Shown one piece after another: positions 35,950 through 49,300 of a stretch of DNA of 64,000 nt; positions within the stretch are counted from its first letter, which is position 1, and each line of letters begins with the position of its first letter. A program made the position numbers and the translations under genes. The stretch is from Balanoglossus misakiensis (lineage: Eukaryota > Animalia > Hemichordata): the NCBI GenBank assembly GCA_040954595.2, contig CM082589.2, forward strand, positions 9,002,894-9,066,893, read 5' to 3'. The notes below the pieces were generated by a model that saw only the letters and a list, made by a program, of their open reading frames with translations, had not been told where the DNA came from and did no database searches.

Positions 35950-36682
35950 CTGTCAAGAAAAAATATTGATAGCAAAAAAGCTTAAAGTGCAGAATATGAG
36001 GCCTTGGGCTATAGGCGTGGGCAGGATTCATTCGGGTTACTTGTGACGTGGGCAGGATCCATTCAGGTTACTTATGAAATACAGTATTATATATTTCAGG
36101 CCCTCCATAGACATTATGTGTAGAGCATCCAAACCCCAAGTAAAGCACGTGTTAAACACATAGTGTGACATCCAGCCTACTAAGTACAGCCGAAAATGCT
36201 TTATAGTGGAGCATAGTTCTGTATAGTTTTACGTCTGATTCTTTCAAGCGTGACATCCAATATACACATTTTCGCCACTAGGGGCGCCCCGCGTCCGCCA
36301 TTGCCGTTTGGAAAGTTGTCGCAGGTAAGCGATTTTCTTCTCTTTATACCTAGTCGGAAACCTTTTCGCATTTAAGACTATGATCAACGAACAACTATTA
36401 TAACAAAGCACCACCGTGTAAAGTTTCGATACACTAGTTGCGGTAGTTTTTTCAGAGATCTTCGCCAAAATTTGATTTACAGTGTGCATGTGGTATACTT
36501 TCCTATACTGTACACAGTAAGTAAACACTGGAACGCAGTCGTACCTCGTATTACATTTCCGTTTGTACACTCGCACGGTGCATTTCTAAATCACTTCGAC
36601 AAAATTTGGAAACCGTGTGAATTCCTACATGCATTGGCCGGTGTCCATAAGTGCTCGGCGTGATCCGTTATGTGGATTTGAT

Positions 36683-36803
36683 CACAGGTGCTCGTGGACG
36701 TGTGCTGTCACAGGGGAGAGCGAATGGGAGCGAAGGAAATCGCTCCTAGCAGATCCCCCCATTCGCTCTCCCCTGTGACAGCACAAGTCCACGAGCACCT
36801 GTG
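36683..36803. mobile_element. 121-bp MITE with 8-bp TSD (P-like), nested; second copy at 49963-50083
   Basis: gatttgat|cacaggtgctcgtggac ... gtccacgagcacctgtg|gatttgat; ~45-bp TIR. Confidence 0.85.
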
Positions 36804-36968
36804 GATTTGATAGTGAGGCAACAGTGTGTTCCTTGACGTCCTGTTATTTACAAATTACACAACGTCGAAGAACGTAAATTTGGTACACAGTTACCCATTC
36901 CACATCACGCCTGTGATGAGTACCATATGATAGTAAGTGATGCTTTATGTTTTTTCTTTCTTTTCCAG

Positions 36969-37430
36969 GCAAGCCATTCTGTGGATAGTGGCAGAGCAGC
37001 CAATCCCTGAACTATGCAAAAAGTCTGCAATGTGTGCCAAAAGACATTTAAGACTTGTACTGGACTATGCAAACATTTCAGAGTACATACAAATACCTTC
37101 CCATACTGGTGTTCTTTTTGTGGTAAAGGTTTTCATGAGAGGGTGAGGCTTGATGAACATAAATCTTCACATACAAAGAGAGGTTTTGTGCGCCGCAAGT
37201 TTGTGGATTTTCTGCTAATCTTATCTTGGTATGAAATGGCATGATGCTAAACACTAAGATGAAATTCACCTATGTCATATTTGTGGGGGAAAAAATATCC
37301 TTCGAAGTTGGGCATGCAACAGCATCACAGATCATTCCATATTGCCAAATTTACATGCAATAAATATGGAAAGACCTTTGGTGTTAAGAGTGTGTACAAG
37401 ACTAAGTCTCACCTGCTTGTCCACTCTAAT
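36969..37430 (+). pseudogene. C2H2 zinc-finger exon relic (~5 fingers) inside the element
   Basis: Acceptor tttttctttcttttccag; CNVC..HFRVH, CSFC..HKSSH, CHIC..HHRSFH, CNKY..HLLVH; stops and frameshifts. Confidence 0.8.
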
Positions 37431-37915
37431 GATAGCTCTCATTTGTACATGCAAGTACAAGTACATTTAAGATGCTCAGTTCTGTATCAGCTGCCTTGTG
37501 TTACCATGACAAAGTATTGATGGGTCTTTCATCTTTATAGGGATATTGTAAACTGGCTTTTGTAGGCTTCAGCCTAATAGCTCTGACTTGGGATTCATTC
37601 AGCATAGTAATCAATAAACACCATTTGGACTTGTTTTTATTCATATTTTTATTGCATAAGGATGTTTATAATCATGACGCAGTAGTCATTAAAGTTTTGT
37701 GTTTATCAAAATCTGCTTTGTTCTTCTTTCATGATTGTTATGTTTTTATTATAAAGCTGCTTTCGGAAGCATAAGAAAAGTGTTTTGCCAATGGTAATGT
37801 GAAATTACATAAAAGCCCAAGAATCAGCCACTTTTGGTGATTTTTTTCAGTATTTGTGTTTATTTTTTGTGTCAATTACAAATTCTCATTTGGTTCCTGA
37901 TAGCATGTTCAAATT

Positions 37916-38224
37916 AAGCAATGAAACACCCCCAGCCATGGTATACCACGAGATTTTGACCAGTTCATGACATATATGCACGAGCAATAGGGAGTGCGTA
38001 TATGGAGTTGAACTGGTCAAAATCGAGTGGTATACCATGGCCGGGGGTGTTTTATTGCTATTATATTATGCCAGTATATTGAAACTTTGCATAAAACATT
38101 TTAAAAAGGCATTTTCTTTGACTATGATATATGACTGTGGTATATTGCTAATATATCACGGTCACGTTTCGTGTCTCGACCAATCAAATAGCGTGATTTA
38201 CACCATCAATATACTGGTATAATA
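37916..38224. mobile_element. Double-hairpin element nested in the long-TIR element (mirrored at about 48535-48850)
   Basis: agcaatgaaacacccccagccatggtataccac pairs with gtggtataccatggccgggggtgttttattgct; then tattatgccagtatattga pairs with tcaatatactggtataata. Confidence 0.6.
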
Positions 38225-40496
38225 TAATACCCAATATTGAACTTTGCAATTTAATGTCTATACATGGAAACTGCAGTTATTGCTGACATTCTTGTCAACA
38301 ATAACAATGCAGTATACAAGTTTACAAGCTGAATACTGTTTGAATAAACATGTTTTTGAGGGGAGAACAAGAATTTTCAATTGATACAAAAACAGTGAAA
38401 AAGGTCCTGAAAAGTGGCTGTTACTGGGCTTTAAAGAGACAGTTTACTTGACAAAACACCATGATGGGTGTGAACTGACTGTGTGGTCCCAGTATTCAAT
38501 GACCTAAGATATATTCAGTCAAACATTGTTTATTATATACAGTCTGCACAAATGGTAAACCAATGTTCAGAAATGTTCTTTCTACTTGGGTGTGATATGC
38601 TGGCTTATAAGCATGTGCGTGCCAACTTGACTCTTCCCACAGGAATACACTAAAAGTTGCTAAAAAAAACCTACTTGTCATTTTCTTAAAATTTTGCACA
38701 CACATTAACCAGGACAATTACATTCACTGTTCAAATAAAACTACATGGTCAGCACACTTAATTTGGAGATAAACTGGATGTTTTCAAAGATAGAAAAACC
38801 ACTGGTTAAAAGAATTCTGACTATTTTTCTTATCAGAACTGAGAAATAAAAATCTTGTTCATCAGATGTTTTGGTCAGGCTTCAGAAACATTGAGAGATT
38901 GTAATTTTTTCCCAAAAGGGTGAATTGTGTGCAGCAAAACAAACATTTCCAAACAACAAATGGTGTCTACAAGCTATAGATAATACAACTATCCAAACGC
39001 CCATCTAGCAAAACCAATTCTCTCAAAGAAAAAAATTCCAATGAACTATTAATTTTTTTTTCCTGGCCTTGTCAGTTAAATTCACTGCCTCATATTTCAA
39101 TAACTTGCACTCTGACCTCTGAATTTTATTACAAATTTTGATAATACTAAAGTATTACAGAGAAGTTAAACATTTGCAAGTGAAAGATGACAATTCTTTC
39201 AATTTTCCAAATCCATACATCTTTAAGTTTATGTTGCATTACTGTTCATCCTGTATACTGCCAGTGTTCGTTCATTAACTTTGATGTAGCATGCTGGTCT
39301 GACAAACCAATGGGTTTGTGTTTGGCAGTCCTCCTCCTATTTTCAATGTCAAACAGATGATCCTAAAATAGAAACAATTGAGAGAAAGATCAACAGTCAG
39401 TGACAGCAAACTATGCATAAAAAGGCTTGAAGGTATAATTTTGTAATTTTGCATTTGTGGAGAAAGGCGGAAAACCTTTGCTTTTTTCTTCCTTTCGTCC
39501 TCTGTTGTCTAAAAGTATTTAATATACAAATGTACATCTTGTCTGTACTCTGTAATGCTACATAATTGATGTGCAAAGGGAAATCATGTGGGCGGCTTGT
39601 GATGTGAGACATTCAGTGAACTGCATTTTCCTGTGCATCGTACACCGGCCAATGCATGTAGGAATTCACACGGTTTCCAAATTTTGTCGAAGTGATTTAG
39701 AAATGCACCGTGCGAGTGTACAAACGGAAATGTAATACGAGGTACGACTGCGTTCCAGTGTTTACTTACTGTGTACAGTATAGGAAAGTATACCACATGC
39801 ACACTGTAAATCAAATTTTGGCGAAGATCTCTGAAAAAACTACCGCAACTAGTGTATCGAAACTTTACACGGTGGCGCTTTGTTATAATAGTTCTTCGTT
39901 GATCATAGTCTTAAATGCGAAAAGGTTTCCGACTAGGTATAAAGAGAAGAAAAACGTAATACGAGGTACGACTGCGTTCCAGTGTTTACTGTGTACAGTA
40001 TAGGAAAGTATACCGCATGCACACGGTAAATCAAATTTTGGCGAAGATCTCTGAAAAAACTACTGCGACTAGTGTATCGAAACTTTACACGGTGGCGCTT
40101 TGTTATAATAGTTGTTCGTTGATCATAGTCTTAAATGCGAAAAGGTTTCTGACTAGGTATAAAGAGCAGAAAATCGCTTACCTGCGACAACTTTCCAAAC
40201 GGCAATGGCGGACGCGGGGCGCCCCTAGTGGCGAAAATGTGTATATTGGATGTCACGCTTGAAAGAATCAGACGTAAAACTATACAGAACTATGCTCCAC
40301 TATAAAGCATTTTCGGCTGTACTTAGTAGGCTGGATGTCACACTATGTGTTTAACACGTGCTTTACTTGGGGTTTGGATGCTCTACACATAATGTCTATG
40401 GAGGGCCTGTATTTGCGAGCATAACCATCTATATATTCAATAAAATCACTAGGCAAATATATTTTACGATTGACTGGTACATGGCCAATCAAAAAC

Positions 40497-40544
<48 letters not shown>

Positions 40545-40763
40545 CACAACATCAGCAGCACAGCGTGGCCTAGCACAGACAACCATAAATGCAGCCAGAA
40601 GACAAAACCGTGAAAGAAAGATGCACGGACCTCTGGCAAAATAAAGAAGTGATATCATGCAGGTGTTTCAAAAATATTAAGGCCGCCCAGTCTCATTTTA
40701 TATTATTTGATTGTGTTTTGTTTCTACAATTGTGATTGTGAAGCACAGTGGGCCTATACTTAC

Positions 40764-41600
40764 AGCGGGGCACTTTCGAATCGCCATCGACAACACTAAT
40801 GCTTGGGAAATGTTGGCACAGTGGACCTTTACATGCAGTATGAGGAGAGAAGATGCTGGCGTCGATTGTATCTGTTGATATGGAGACAGAATCAGTGTGG
40901 GCACCCTCAACGTCTGGTTCAGTCCCATGCACTACAGTTGTAGCCGTAGGGTTTTCAAGATGAAACCAGACACGCTCTCAGTGCCCTTGTAATCAGGGAT
41001 GTCTGTCAGAACTTCGTTATCTGTCGTTTCGTATCGCTGCATTACGGTTAACTCTAACGGGGATTCTGTTTCAGTCATTCTAGTTTCAGATTTAGCATCA
41101 GCGCCAGTATCTTCTGTGACATCTGTTGACATTTTTGAATAACTGGTGTCAGTAACATCAGAGCTAACATGGTCTGTATACCCAGGTGTATTCGACACTG
41201 GTTCACCTGTAATGTAAAACCCACAAGATATAACTGGTTTAGGATAAGTGGTATTCAAAGAAGCGTTGGGTCACAAAAGGGCGCCATGTTTACTTCGGCT
41301 TGTATTAGTGATTCATTGAAGTCTGTTAGGTCCATATCTGACAAGAAACTGCAATTTCTGGTAACATCATTCATTCAAACTGCAATAAATCGATGGTGCA
41401 GATCGGATACACCTCTTAGTAAAACGGGTTTCCCGTTTATTTTTGGAGGACGTTTACACTTATTTTGTCTGCCGTTAATGTGGATAATGTAACGTTCTCG
41501 CGACGAAGGTTTTATTAGACACGCAAGAGAGAACCAATACAAGAAGTGGCGATGCAGTTCTTTTCTGAGATGGCGACATTTCAGTACTTGCATGTCGCAA
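40764..41600 (-). pseudogene. Ser/Thr/acidic mucin-like stalk exon, frameshifted
   Basis: ORFs 40932..41258 and 40693..40932 are consecutive S/T/D/E-rich frames; ends at a GTAAGT donor; 5' boundary uncertain. Confidence 0.5.
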
Positions 41601-41855
41601 CCGTTCGTGACTCAAGTTACATCTATTTAGAGTTCAACATATTAACAAACATGGTACAATTATTACGCCACAACTTTGCAATACAATGAAACTGCACACA
41701 ACACCACATTTAGATTGTGCAAAAACAGACCTACACTAGCCCACAAATATAAATAATCTCAATTCAGCGCGGACTTTTTCATCAACAGTTCCAGTTTTAC
41801 CTAGTGTGAACATGGTATCAGTCTACAGTTTGGTTCAATGTGGTTCAACCACATG

Positions 41856-42033
41856 CAGTAAAAACCTGTCGAAATGGAACATGCCATATCTGGAAAACTG
41901 TCTATAATGAACACATTTTCCTGTCCCCTTGACATAGAACCACGTGTTAAAAGAACCTTTACAAACCGGAAACATCTGTAAACTGAACAATTTCTTCTGT
42001 CCCTTTGGTGTTCGGATTAGACGGGTTTTACTG
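41856..42033. mobile_element. pogo/Tigger-like MITE (duplicate at 53303-53480)
   Basis: cagtaaaaacctgtc ... gacgggttttactg|ta. Confidence 0.7.
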
Positions 42034-42229
42034 TACATGTGTTTTGGTCATAGAGAATTGTCACTCAACCTTAGAAAATACCATAATTATGATCTTTCAT
42101 ATTCAAATCTATATCAGTCTATTACTGAAATAACACACCATCGTAATCAAAACCATTATTACAATAGTGATTGCAAGTATCAGATTTGTGATGTCATTTT
42201 TATGCCAACATTAAACGTCTTTATTCCAG

Positions 42230-42328
42230 AATGATTCAACAGCATTGCATGCAGCGTCCTTCAAAGGTAAATTGGATGCTGTCAGTGTGTTGATTAGCCA
42301 TGGTGCAGATGTCAATGCGAAGGATGAG
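42230..42328 (+). CDS. Ankyrin exon A1 (NDSTALHAASFKGKLDAVSVLISHGADVNAKDE)
   Basis: 99 bp, ttattccag acceptor, GTACGT donor, canonical ANK repeat. Confidence 0.88.
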
Positions 42329-43143
42329 GTACGTGAACTGACTTATCACTTTATTATGGATAACATGGCCACACAATTGGATAATAAAAAAAAATGCCTT
42401 TGAAAAAGACCTAATTACAACACTCTTATTTTCATCCAAAATTACTTTGCATGATCCAAATTCAATGGGAAGAAACAAGCTAACCCTGAACAAGAAGAGG
42501 GAAAGGCCAAAAAGTATTACCCATACTGATTTAGTTTTACTAACCATGATACCCTTGGGATCCAGCCATAGGAAGGACAGTGGGACACATTGCACTCTAA
42601 ATTTAACAATCTTTACAATTTAGCCAAAGATGTTGAACCATAGTGTATTTGACACATTTGTTCCGAATGAATAAATATGTTCCAGAAAGTAAATTTTGAT
42701 GGATTTTTTTGTGTTTCACCAAAGTTAACAAATTTTTATTTTTTTTCAAGCCATCTCTGAAATTTTGCTGGCAATCTTTTTTTAAATCTTCCAGATCCCC
42801 TCCATCCTTAGTTAAGCTATGGAGTCTAAAAAATAAAATGTTAAAAACTATATGACTAGTCAAAGCGTTTTCCTCGCTGTTAGAATCAATTGAGATTCTT
42901 CACCGTCATTCTTTGATCTGTATTCATTTTAACAGTCGCCAATTTTCATTTTGTGTGTAGAAGGACTGTGGATTATCCTTTCAAATCAGTCAGTATGCCA
43001 TTCTTGGTTGTTTTTTGCAATATGGCTGATACTTTTGATATTTGTTTATTTATTTGTAGGTTTGTTTGTTTGTTTAAAGAAACCTCATATTACATTTCAA
43101 TTTTTGTGACATTGTTCCCATGCTTCTCCTTCATTACTTACAG

Positions 43144-43242
43144 GATGGAGTCACCCCTTTGAATGATGCAGCAGGGTTTGGTGGTGAAGGCTGTGTCAGA
43201 TTGTTATTGGAACACAAAGCTGATGTTACCATACAAACCCAG
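43144..43242 (+). CDS. Ankyrin exon A2 (DGVTPLNDAAGFGGEGCVRLLLEHKADVTIQTQ)
   Basis: 99 bp, acttacag / GTAAAT, phase 0-0. Confidence 0.88.
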
Positions 43243-43412
43243 GTAAATACCAACTTGACTTCTGCAGGTTAATCTATCAGTATGGAATGATTTATTCATT
43301 TATTTTTTGTTTGTCTGTTTGTTTGTTTGTTTGTTTTTTTGTTTAAGGAAAATTACACATTACGTTTAATTTTTGTGACATTGTTCTCATGCTCCTCCTT
43401 CATTACTTACAG

Positions 43413-43514
43413 TGGGGAGACACCCCTTTGCACTCTGCAGCAAGGAGGGATGTTGGTGAAGGCCGTGTCAGATTGTTATTGGAACACAAAGCTGATGTAA
43501 CCATACAAAACAAG
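43413..43514 (+). CDS. Ankyrin exon A3 (WGDTPLHSAARRDVGEGRVRLLLEHKADVTIQNK)
   Basis: 102 bp, acttacag / GTAAAT, phase 0-0. Confidence 0.88.
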
Positions 43515-46313
43515 GTAAATACCAACCTGACTTCTGCAGGTAAATTCTAAAAGTATGAGCTTTCTCAATAGTGCCATTTCCTCTGTAGTTTTCTTAGTAA
43601 ATTGTGTCTGGGATACAATGTATATATTTGTCCATTGCCCTTTGAATCAAAACTACTCCCTCCATTGGTCAGGTGTTGTACAGACAGACTGATGACAGTC
43701 CATGCCAATCCTATCACAGAAAGTATCAGATAGGGTGTTTGTCTGTCGGCCTCCAGCATCTGCCAACTCCTGTCTGGTACCTAATACAATTCATCATAAG
43801 GAGGTGCCATATAATTTATCATTGTCCTTTGAATCAAAACTACTTCCTCTCGGCCAGGTGTTGTCCAGACACAGGCAAGTATTGATTCATTATGGTGATG
43901 TGATTGTCTCTCCTATATCTGAGACATTTGATCTCCACTGTGAGCAATTTGGAGTTATGAGAAAGGGGGATTGTCTCCAGCATCTGCCAAAAACTGTCTT
44001 GTTGAACATAAGGATGTTGTTGTTTATTGCATTGTTTATCATCAATCTTTTGTGGTTTAAATAATAATCTCATTATTGGCACAGCGATTTCTGTCTGTCC
44101 TTCTGTAGACAGATTTTGTTCCACTCATATCTTGAGAGAAATTGAATCCAATGATATGAAATTTTGTATGTAGCATTGTTCTAGATCTGATAAGATTTTG
44201 GTGGGTATGGCTTATTAATAAATTCTCCTTTGCATATTTGTGTGTGGTCGAACGTTGATTCACTACATACACATGTAGAATAACATAAACAGTGTCTTGT
44301 ATCAAACATAATTAATGGAAAAAGGGAAGCGAGAGAGAGAGAGACTTTGTCCCTTTAATATTCAGGAGTTTACTTTTCTTGTATACGTACACTCTTATAA
44401 CGATTGTAAATCTTGACAATGGCTATCAAGTTGACAACCCTCGCACAAGTACATCATGTACATAAACAAAAATAGTCTGGTTTGTGGAGCCTCCTCCCTT
44501 TTTTACATGAAGTACTTTCAAAATATTTTTATGCAATCAGTCCACACTCATGCTCAGTTTTGTGTCAGAATTATAGTCATAGCAACATTTTGAGTAAGAC
44601 TTTACCAGAAGAACTTGTTTTCATTGCGGCTCTGATTGGGGCCGTTTTAAACTGGGGTTCGTTTGGCAACTTTTAGGACCGAAGGACGGATGCGCAGCCA
44701 TGGTCACATCACACATGTCAAGTTGGGGACTTGCTGGGGGCAGGGGTGCTTGTTGACGGTGCCGAGAGGAGTCGGCCAGTTTTAGCTTGTACTTCAGGCC
44801 GAATAGCACAGTGCCAACCCAATTTACCTTTTATAAACTTTATAAAATATAATACATTTTAACATTAAATTGTTCAGTCGGATGATTTTTTTCATCATTC
44901 TGAGCAACACAGCGGCAGCATTTGGATTGCTCTTTCTCTTGGAAATAGCTCAAGCTTATAAAACATGAGGTCTGTGCGGCTCCACTCCTCAGCTTCTCAT
45001 CACTGTCTGTCACTTACCCAATCATTTCAAAGGGGTGATCAAGATGGCCAGAACAGCCAGTTTTAACCAACCAGGTTCCAGAACCTGAGAGAAGGTGCTA
45101 AAAGCATGCAATAGATATATTGATGAGATAAACATTGGGAACAATAGGATTAAGGGAAGTGTGACTGGTCCAATCTGTTCTGTTTTAGTGTGGGGCACGG
45201 CTGGAATGGTTACACAAATGTCCTTTAAAGTTAGTGCTACTGTGGCTTTCAATGGTATCTCTTATGAAGAGTTTTGATAATGTTGTTTGTTCTATATATT
45301 TCATGAAAAGAATGACTGCATTCATTGCATTTAATTTTGTTTGCCACACATTCCCATTGGCCACAGTGTCCACTGAAGTCTTTCTTTGGTTATTAGACTT
45401 TTTGATGCAGTGCGATGGAGAAAGGGAATCAGTGTTAACTTTCTTCAGATGGATTTTTTTTTCGGTGAAATTCAAGTTTTTTTTATTTAAACACTATTTC
45501 TACAAATAACTAGTGACACCATTGCACAACTCTACTTGATATTGTTGGACCACTCAGTAGAAATTTATTTTAATGATGATTGATTTATCCCTTGTCACAT
45601 ACAATTTCTCTGTTATTTCCCCTTTGATCGACATCGTTCAGTCTGCACAGCTTGGCTACTTTGTGCTGAGAACAGTCTGATGCCCTCCTACAGGAAATAA
45701 ACATAGTTTGGTTAGCTCAGATGTTTGATCTGTTTCCACATAAATCTCCACATATCTCAAATTTGTCATCATATTGGAGATGAGATGTGATTTTTCAAAA
45801 TTCTTCTGACAATTCTACTAAATGTCACTGTAGTTGTTTGCTAAATCTTCTTCTATATTGTGCAGGTTGCAAAAATAAATTGGTCCCATTCAGGAAATGT
45901 TCACTAACATCACATCACTGTCAGTTTTTTGATAGAAAATCATAAATAAAGTTAAGTTTAAAATAGGTGTATTGGTTATCCGTAATGTTATCTGTTTTGC
46001 AAGTTGTCAAATTTGAGTTTGTTTGTGAATTATTTATAGTAACTTTTCTTTCTGTATCAACTGGCAGATATTTTGTCAGAATTCTTTTAGCTTGTTAAAA
46101 TGCATGTATAAAACTGAATTACACATCTTGTGTGTAGAGTCGATACTGTTTCTGTTCAAATGCCATTTACTGTTGGTTAATATTATCCACAATGGAGTTT
46201 GCGATTATTTGTCCTTTGTGTGTTTGTTCGATCGTTCATTTTAACAAAATAACCTCATGTTACATTTCATTTTTCTTGACATTCTCATCATGCTCCTCCT
46301 TCATTACTTACAG

Positions 46314-49300
46314 AATGGAGACACCCCTTTGCATTATGCAGTAAGAGGGTGTCATGGTCAGGCCCTCCATAGACATTATGTGTAGAGCATCCAAACCCCA
46401 AGTAAAGCACGTATTAAACACATAGTGTGACATCCAGCCTACTAAGTACAGCCGAAAATGCTTTATAGTGGAGCATAGTTCTGTATAGTTTTACGTCTGA
46501 TTCTTTAAAGCGTGACATCCAATATACACATTTTCGCCACTAGGGGCGCCCCGCGTCCGCCATTGCCGTTTGGAAAGTTGTCGCAGGTAAGCGATTTTCT
46601 GCTCTTTATACCTAGTCAGAAACCTTTTCGCATTTAAGACTATGATCAACGAACAACTATTATAACAAAGCGCCACCGTGTAAAGTTTCGATACACTGGT
46701 CGCGGTAGTTTTTTCAGAGATTTTCGCCAAAATTTGATTTACCGTGTGCATGCGGTATACTTTCCTATACTGTACACAGTAAACACTGGAACGCAGTCGT
46801 ACCTCGTATTACGATTTTCTTCTCTTTATACCTAGTCGGAAACCTTTTCGCATTTAAGACTATGATCAACGAACAACTATTATAACAAAGCGCCACCGTG
46901 TAAAGTTTCGATACACTAGTTGCGGTAGTTTTTTCAGAGATCTTCGCCAAAATTTGATTTACAGTGTGCATGTGGTATACTTTCCTATACTGTACACAGT
47001 AAGTAAACACTGGAACGCAGTCGTACCTCGTATTACATTTCCGTTTGTACACTCGCACGGTGCATTTCTAAATCACTTCGACAAAATTTGGAAACCGTGT
47101 GAATTCCTACATGCATTGGCCGGTGTACGATGCACAGGAAAATGCAGTTCACTGAATGTCTCACATCACAAGCCGCCCACATGATTTCCCTTTGCACATC
47201 AATTATGTAGCATTACAGAGTACAGACAAGATGTACATTTGTATATTAAATACTTTTAGACAACAGAGGACGAAAGGAAGAAAAAAGCAAAGGTTTTCAG
47301 CCTTTCTCCACAAATGCAAAATTACAAAAATATACCTTAAAGCCTTTTTATGCATAGTTTGCTGTCACTGGCTGTTGATCTTTCTCTCAATTGTTTCTAT
47401 TTTAGGATCATCTGTTTGACATTGAAAATAGGAGGACTGCCAAACACAAACCCATTGGTTTGTCAGACCAGCATGCTACATCAAAGTTAATGAACGAACA
47501 CTGGCAGTATACAGGATGAACAGTAATGCAACATAAACTTAAAGATGTATGGATTTGGAAAATTGAAAGAATTGTCATCTTTCACTTGCAAATGTTTAAC
47601 TTCTCTGTAATACTTTAGTATTATCAAAATTTGTAATAAAATTCAGAGGTCAGTGTGCAAGTTATTGAAATATGAGGCAGTGAATTTAACTGACAAGGCC
47701 AGGAAAAAAAATTAATAGTTCATTGGAATTTTTTTCTTTGAGAGAGAATTGGTTTTGCTAGATGGGCGTTTGGATAGTTGTATTATCTATAGCTTGTAGA
47801 CACCATTTGTTGTTTGGAAATGTTTGTTTTGCTGCACACAATTCACCCTTTTGGGAAAAAATTACAATCTCTCATTGTTTCTGAAGCCTGACCAAAACAT
47901 CTGATGAACAAGATTTTTATTTCTCAGTTCTGATAAGAAAAATAGTCAGAATTCTTTTAACCAGTGGTTTTTCTATCTTTGAAAACATCCAGTTTATCTC
48001 CAAATTAAGTGTGCTGACCATGTAGTTTTATTTGAACAGTGAATGTAATTGTTCTGGTTAATGTGTGTGCAAAATTTTAAGAAAATGACAAGTAGGTTTT
48101 TTTAGCAACTTTTAGTGTATTCCTGTGGGAAGAGTCAAGTTGGCACTTACATGCTTATAAGCCAGCATATCACACCCAAGTAGAAAGAACATTTCTGAAC
48201 ATTGGTTTACCATTTGTGCAGACTGTATATAATAAACAATGTTTGACTGAATATATCTTAGGTCATTGAATACTGGGACCACACAGTCAGTTCACACCCA
48301 TCATGGTGTTTTGTCAAGTAAACTGTCTCTTTAAAGCCCAGTAACAGCCACTTTTCATGACCCTTTTCACTGTTTTTGTATCAATTGAAAATTCTTGTTC
48401 TCCCCTCAAAAGCATGTTTATTCAAACAGTATTCAGCTTGTAAACTTGTATACTGCATTGTTATTGTTGACAAGAATGTCAGCAATAACTGCAGTTTCCA
48501 TGTATAGACATTAAATTGCAAAGTTCAATATTGGGTATTATATTATACCAGTATATTGATGGTGTAAATCACGCTATTTGATTGGTCGAGACACGACACG
48601 TGACCGTGATATATTAGCCATATACCACAGTCATATATCATAGTCAAAGAAAATGCCTTTTTAAAATGTTTTATGCAAAGTTTCAATATACTGGCATAAT
48701 ATAATAGCAATAAAACACCCCCAGCCATGGTATACCACTCGATTTTGACCAGTTCAACTCCATATACACACTCCCTATTGCTCGTGCGTATATGTCATGA
48801 ACTGGTCAAAATCTCGTGGTATACCATGCCTGGGGGTGTTTCATTGCTTAATTTGAACATGCTATCAGGAACCAAATGAGAATTTGTAATTGACACACAA
48901 AATAAACACAAATACTGAAAAAAATCACCAAAAGTGGCTGATTCTTGGGCTTTTATGTAATTTCACATTACCATTGGCAAAACACTTTTCTTATGCTTCC
49001 GAAAGCAGCTTTATAATAAACACATAACAATCATGAAAGAAGAACAAAGCAGATTTTGATAAACACAAAACTTTAATGACTACTGTGTCATGATTATAAA
49101 CATCCTTATGCAATAAAAATATGAATAAAAACAAGTCCAAAATGGTGTTTATTGATTACTATGCTGAATGAATCTCAAGTCAGAGCTATTAGGCTGAAGC
49201 CTACAAAAGCCAGTTTACAATATCCCTATAAAGATGAAAGACCCATCAATACTTTGTCATGGTAACACAAGGCAGCCGATACAGAACTGAGCATCTTAAA

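Larger units (their letters stand above)
36097..40409 (+). mobile_element. 4313-bp non-autonomous long-TIR element with 5-bp TSD (hAT5-like), copy 1
   Basis: tattt|caggccctccatagac ... gtctatggagggcctg|tattt; TIRs 36097-36644 and 39642-40409; no transposase seen. Confidence 0.92.

Noticed and set aside
36274-36290. ccactaggggcgcc in each TIR as a CTCF site
   Set aside because: One G short of the CCASYAGRKGGC core, which misaligns the 3' half; not supportable without ChIP data
36244-36576. Recurrent MRVYKRKCNT.../MHTVNQIL... ORFs as a gene family
   Set aside because: They are frames within the four TIR copies, with no recognisable domain and inconsistent ends
43515-43545. Conserved ctgcag|GT 25 nt into each array intron as a recursive or alternative splice site
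   Set aside because: Too close to the donor for an intron, use as a donor would frameshift, and its conservation is explained by unit homogenisation
43620-46200. Possible coding relics and a two-copy ~190-bp repeat in the long A3-A4 intron
   Set aside because: No frame gave recognisable motifs; probably old repeat debris
40410-46358. Inversion of the segment between the two inverted elements
   Set aside because: Each element retains its own matching TSD pair and exons A1-A9 are co-oriented
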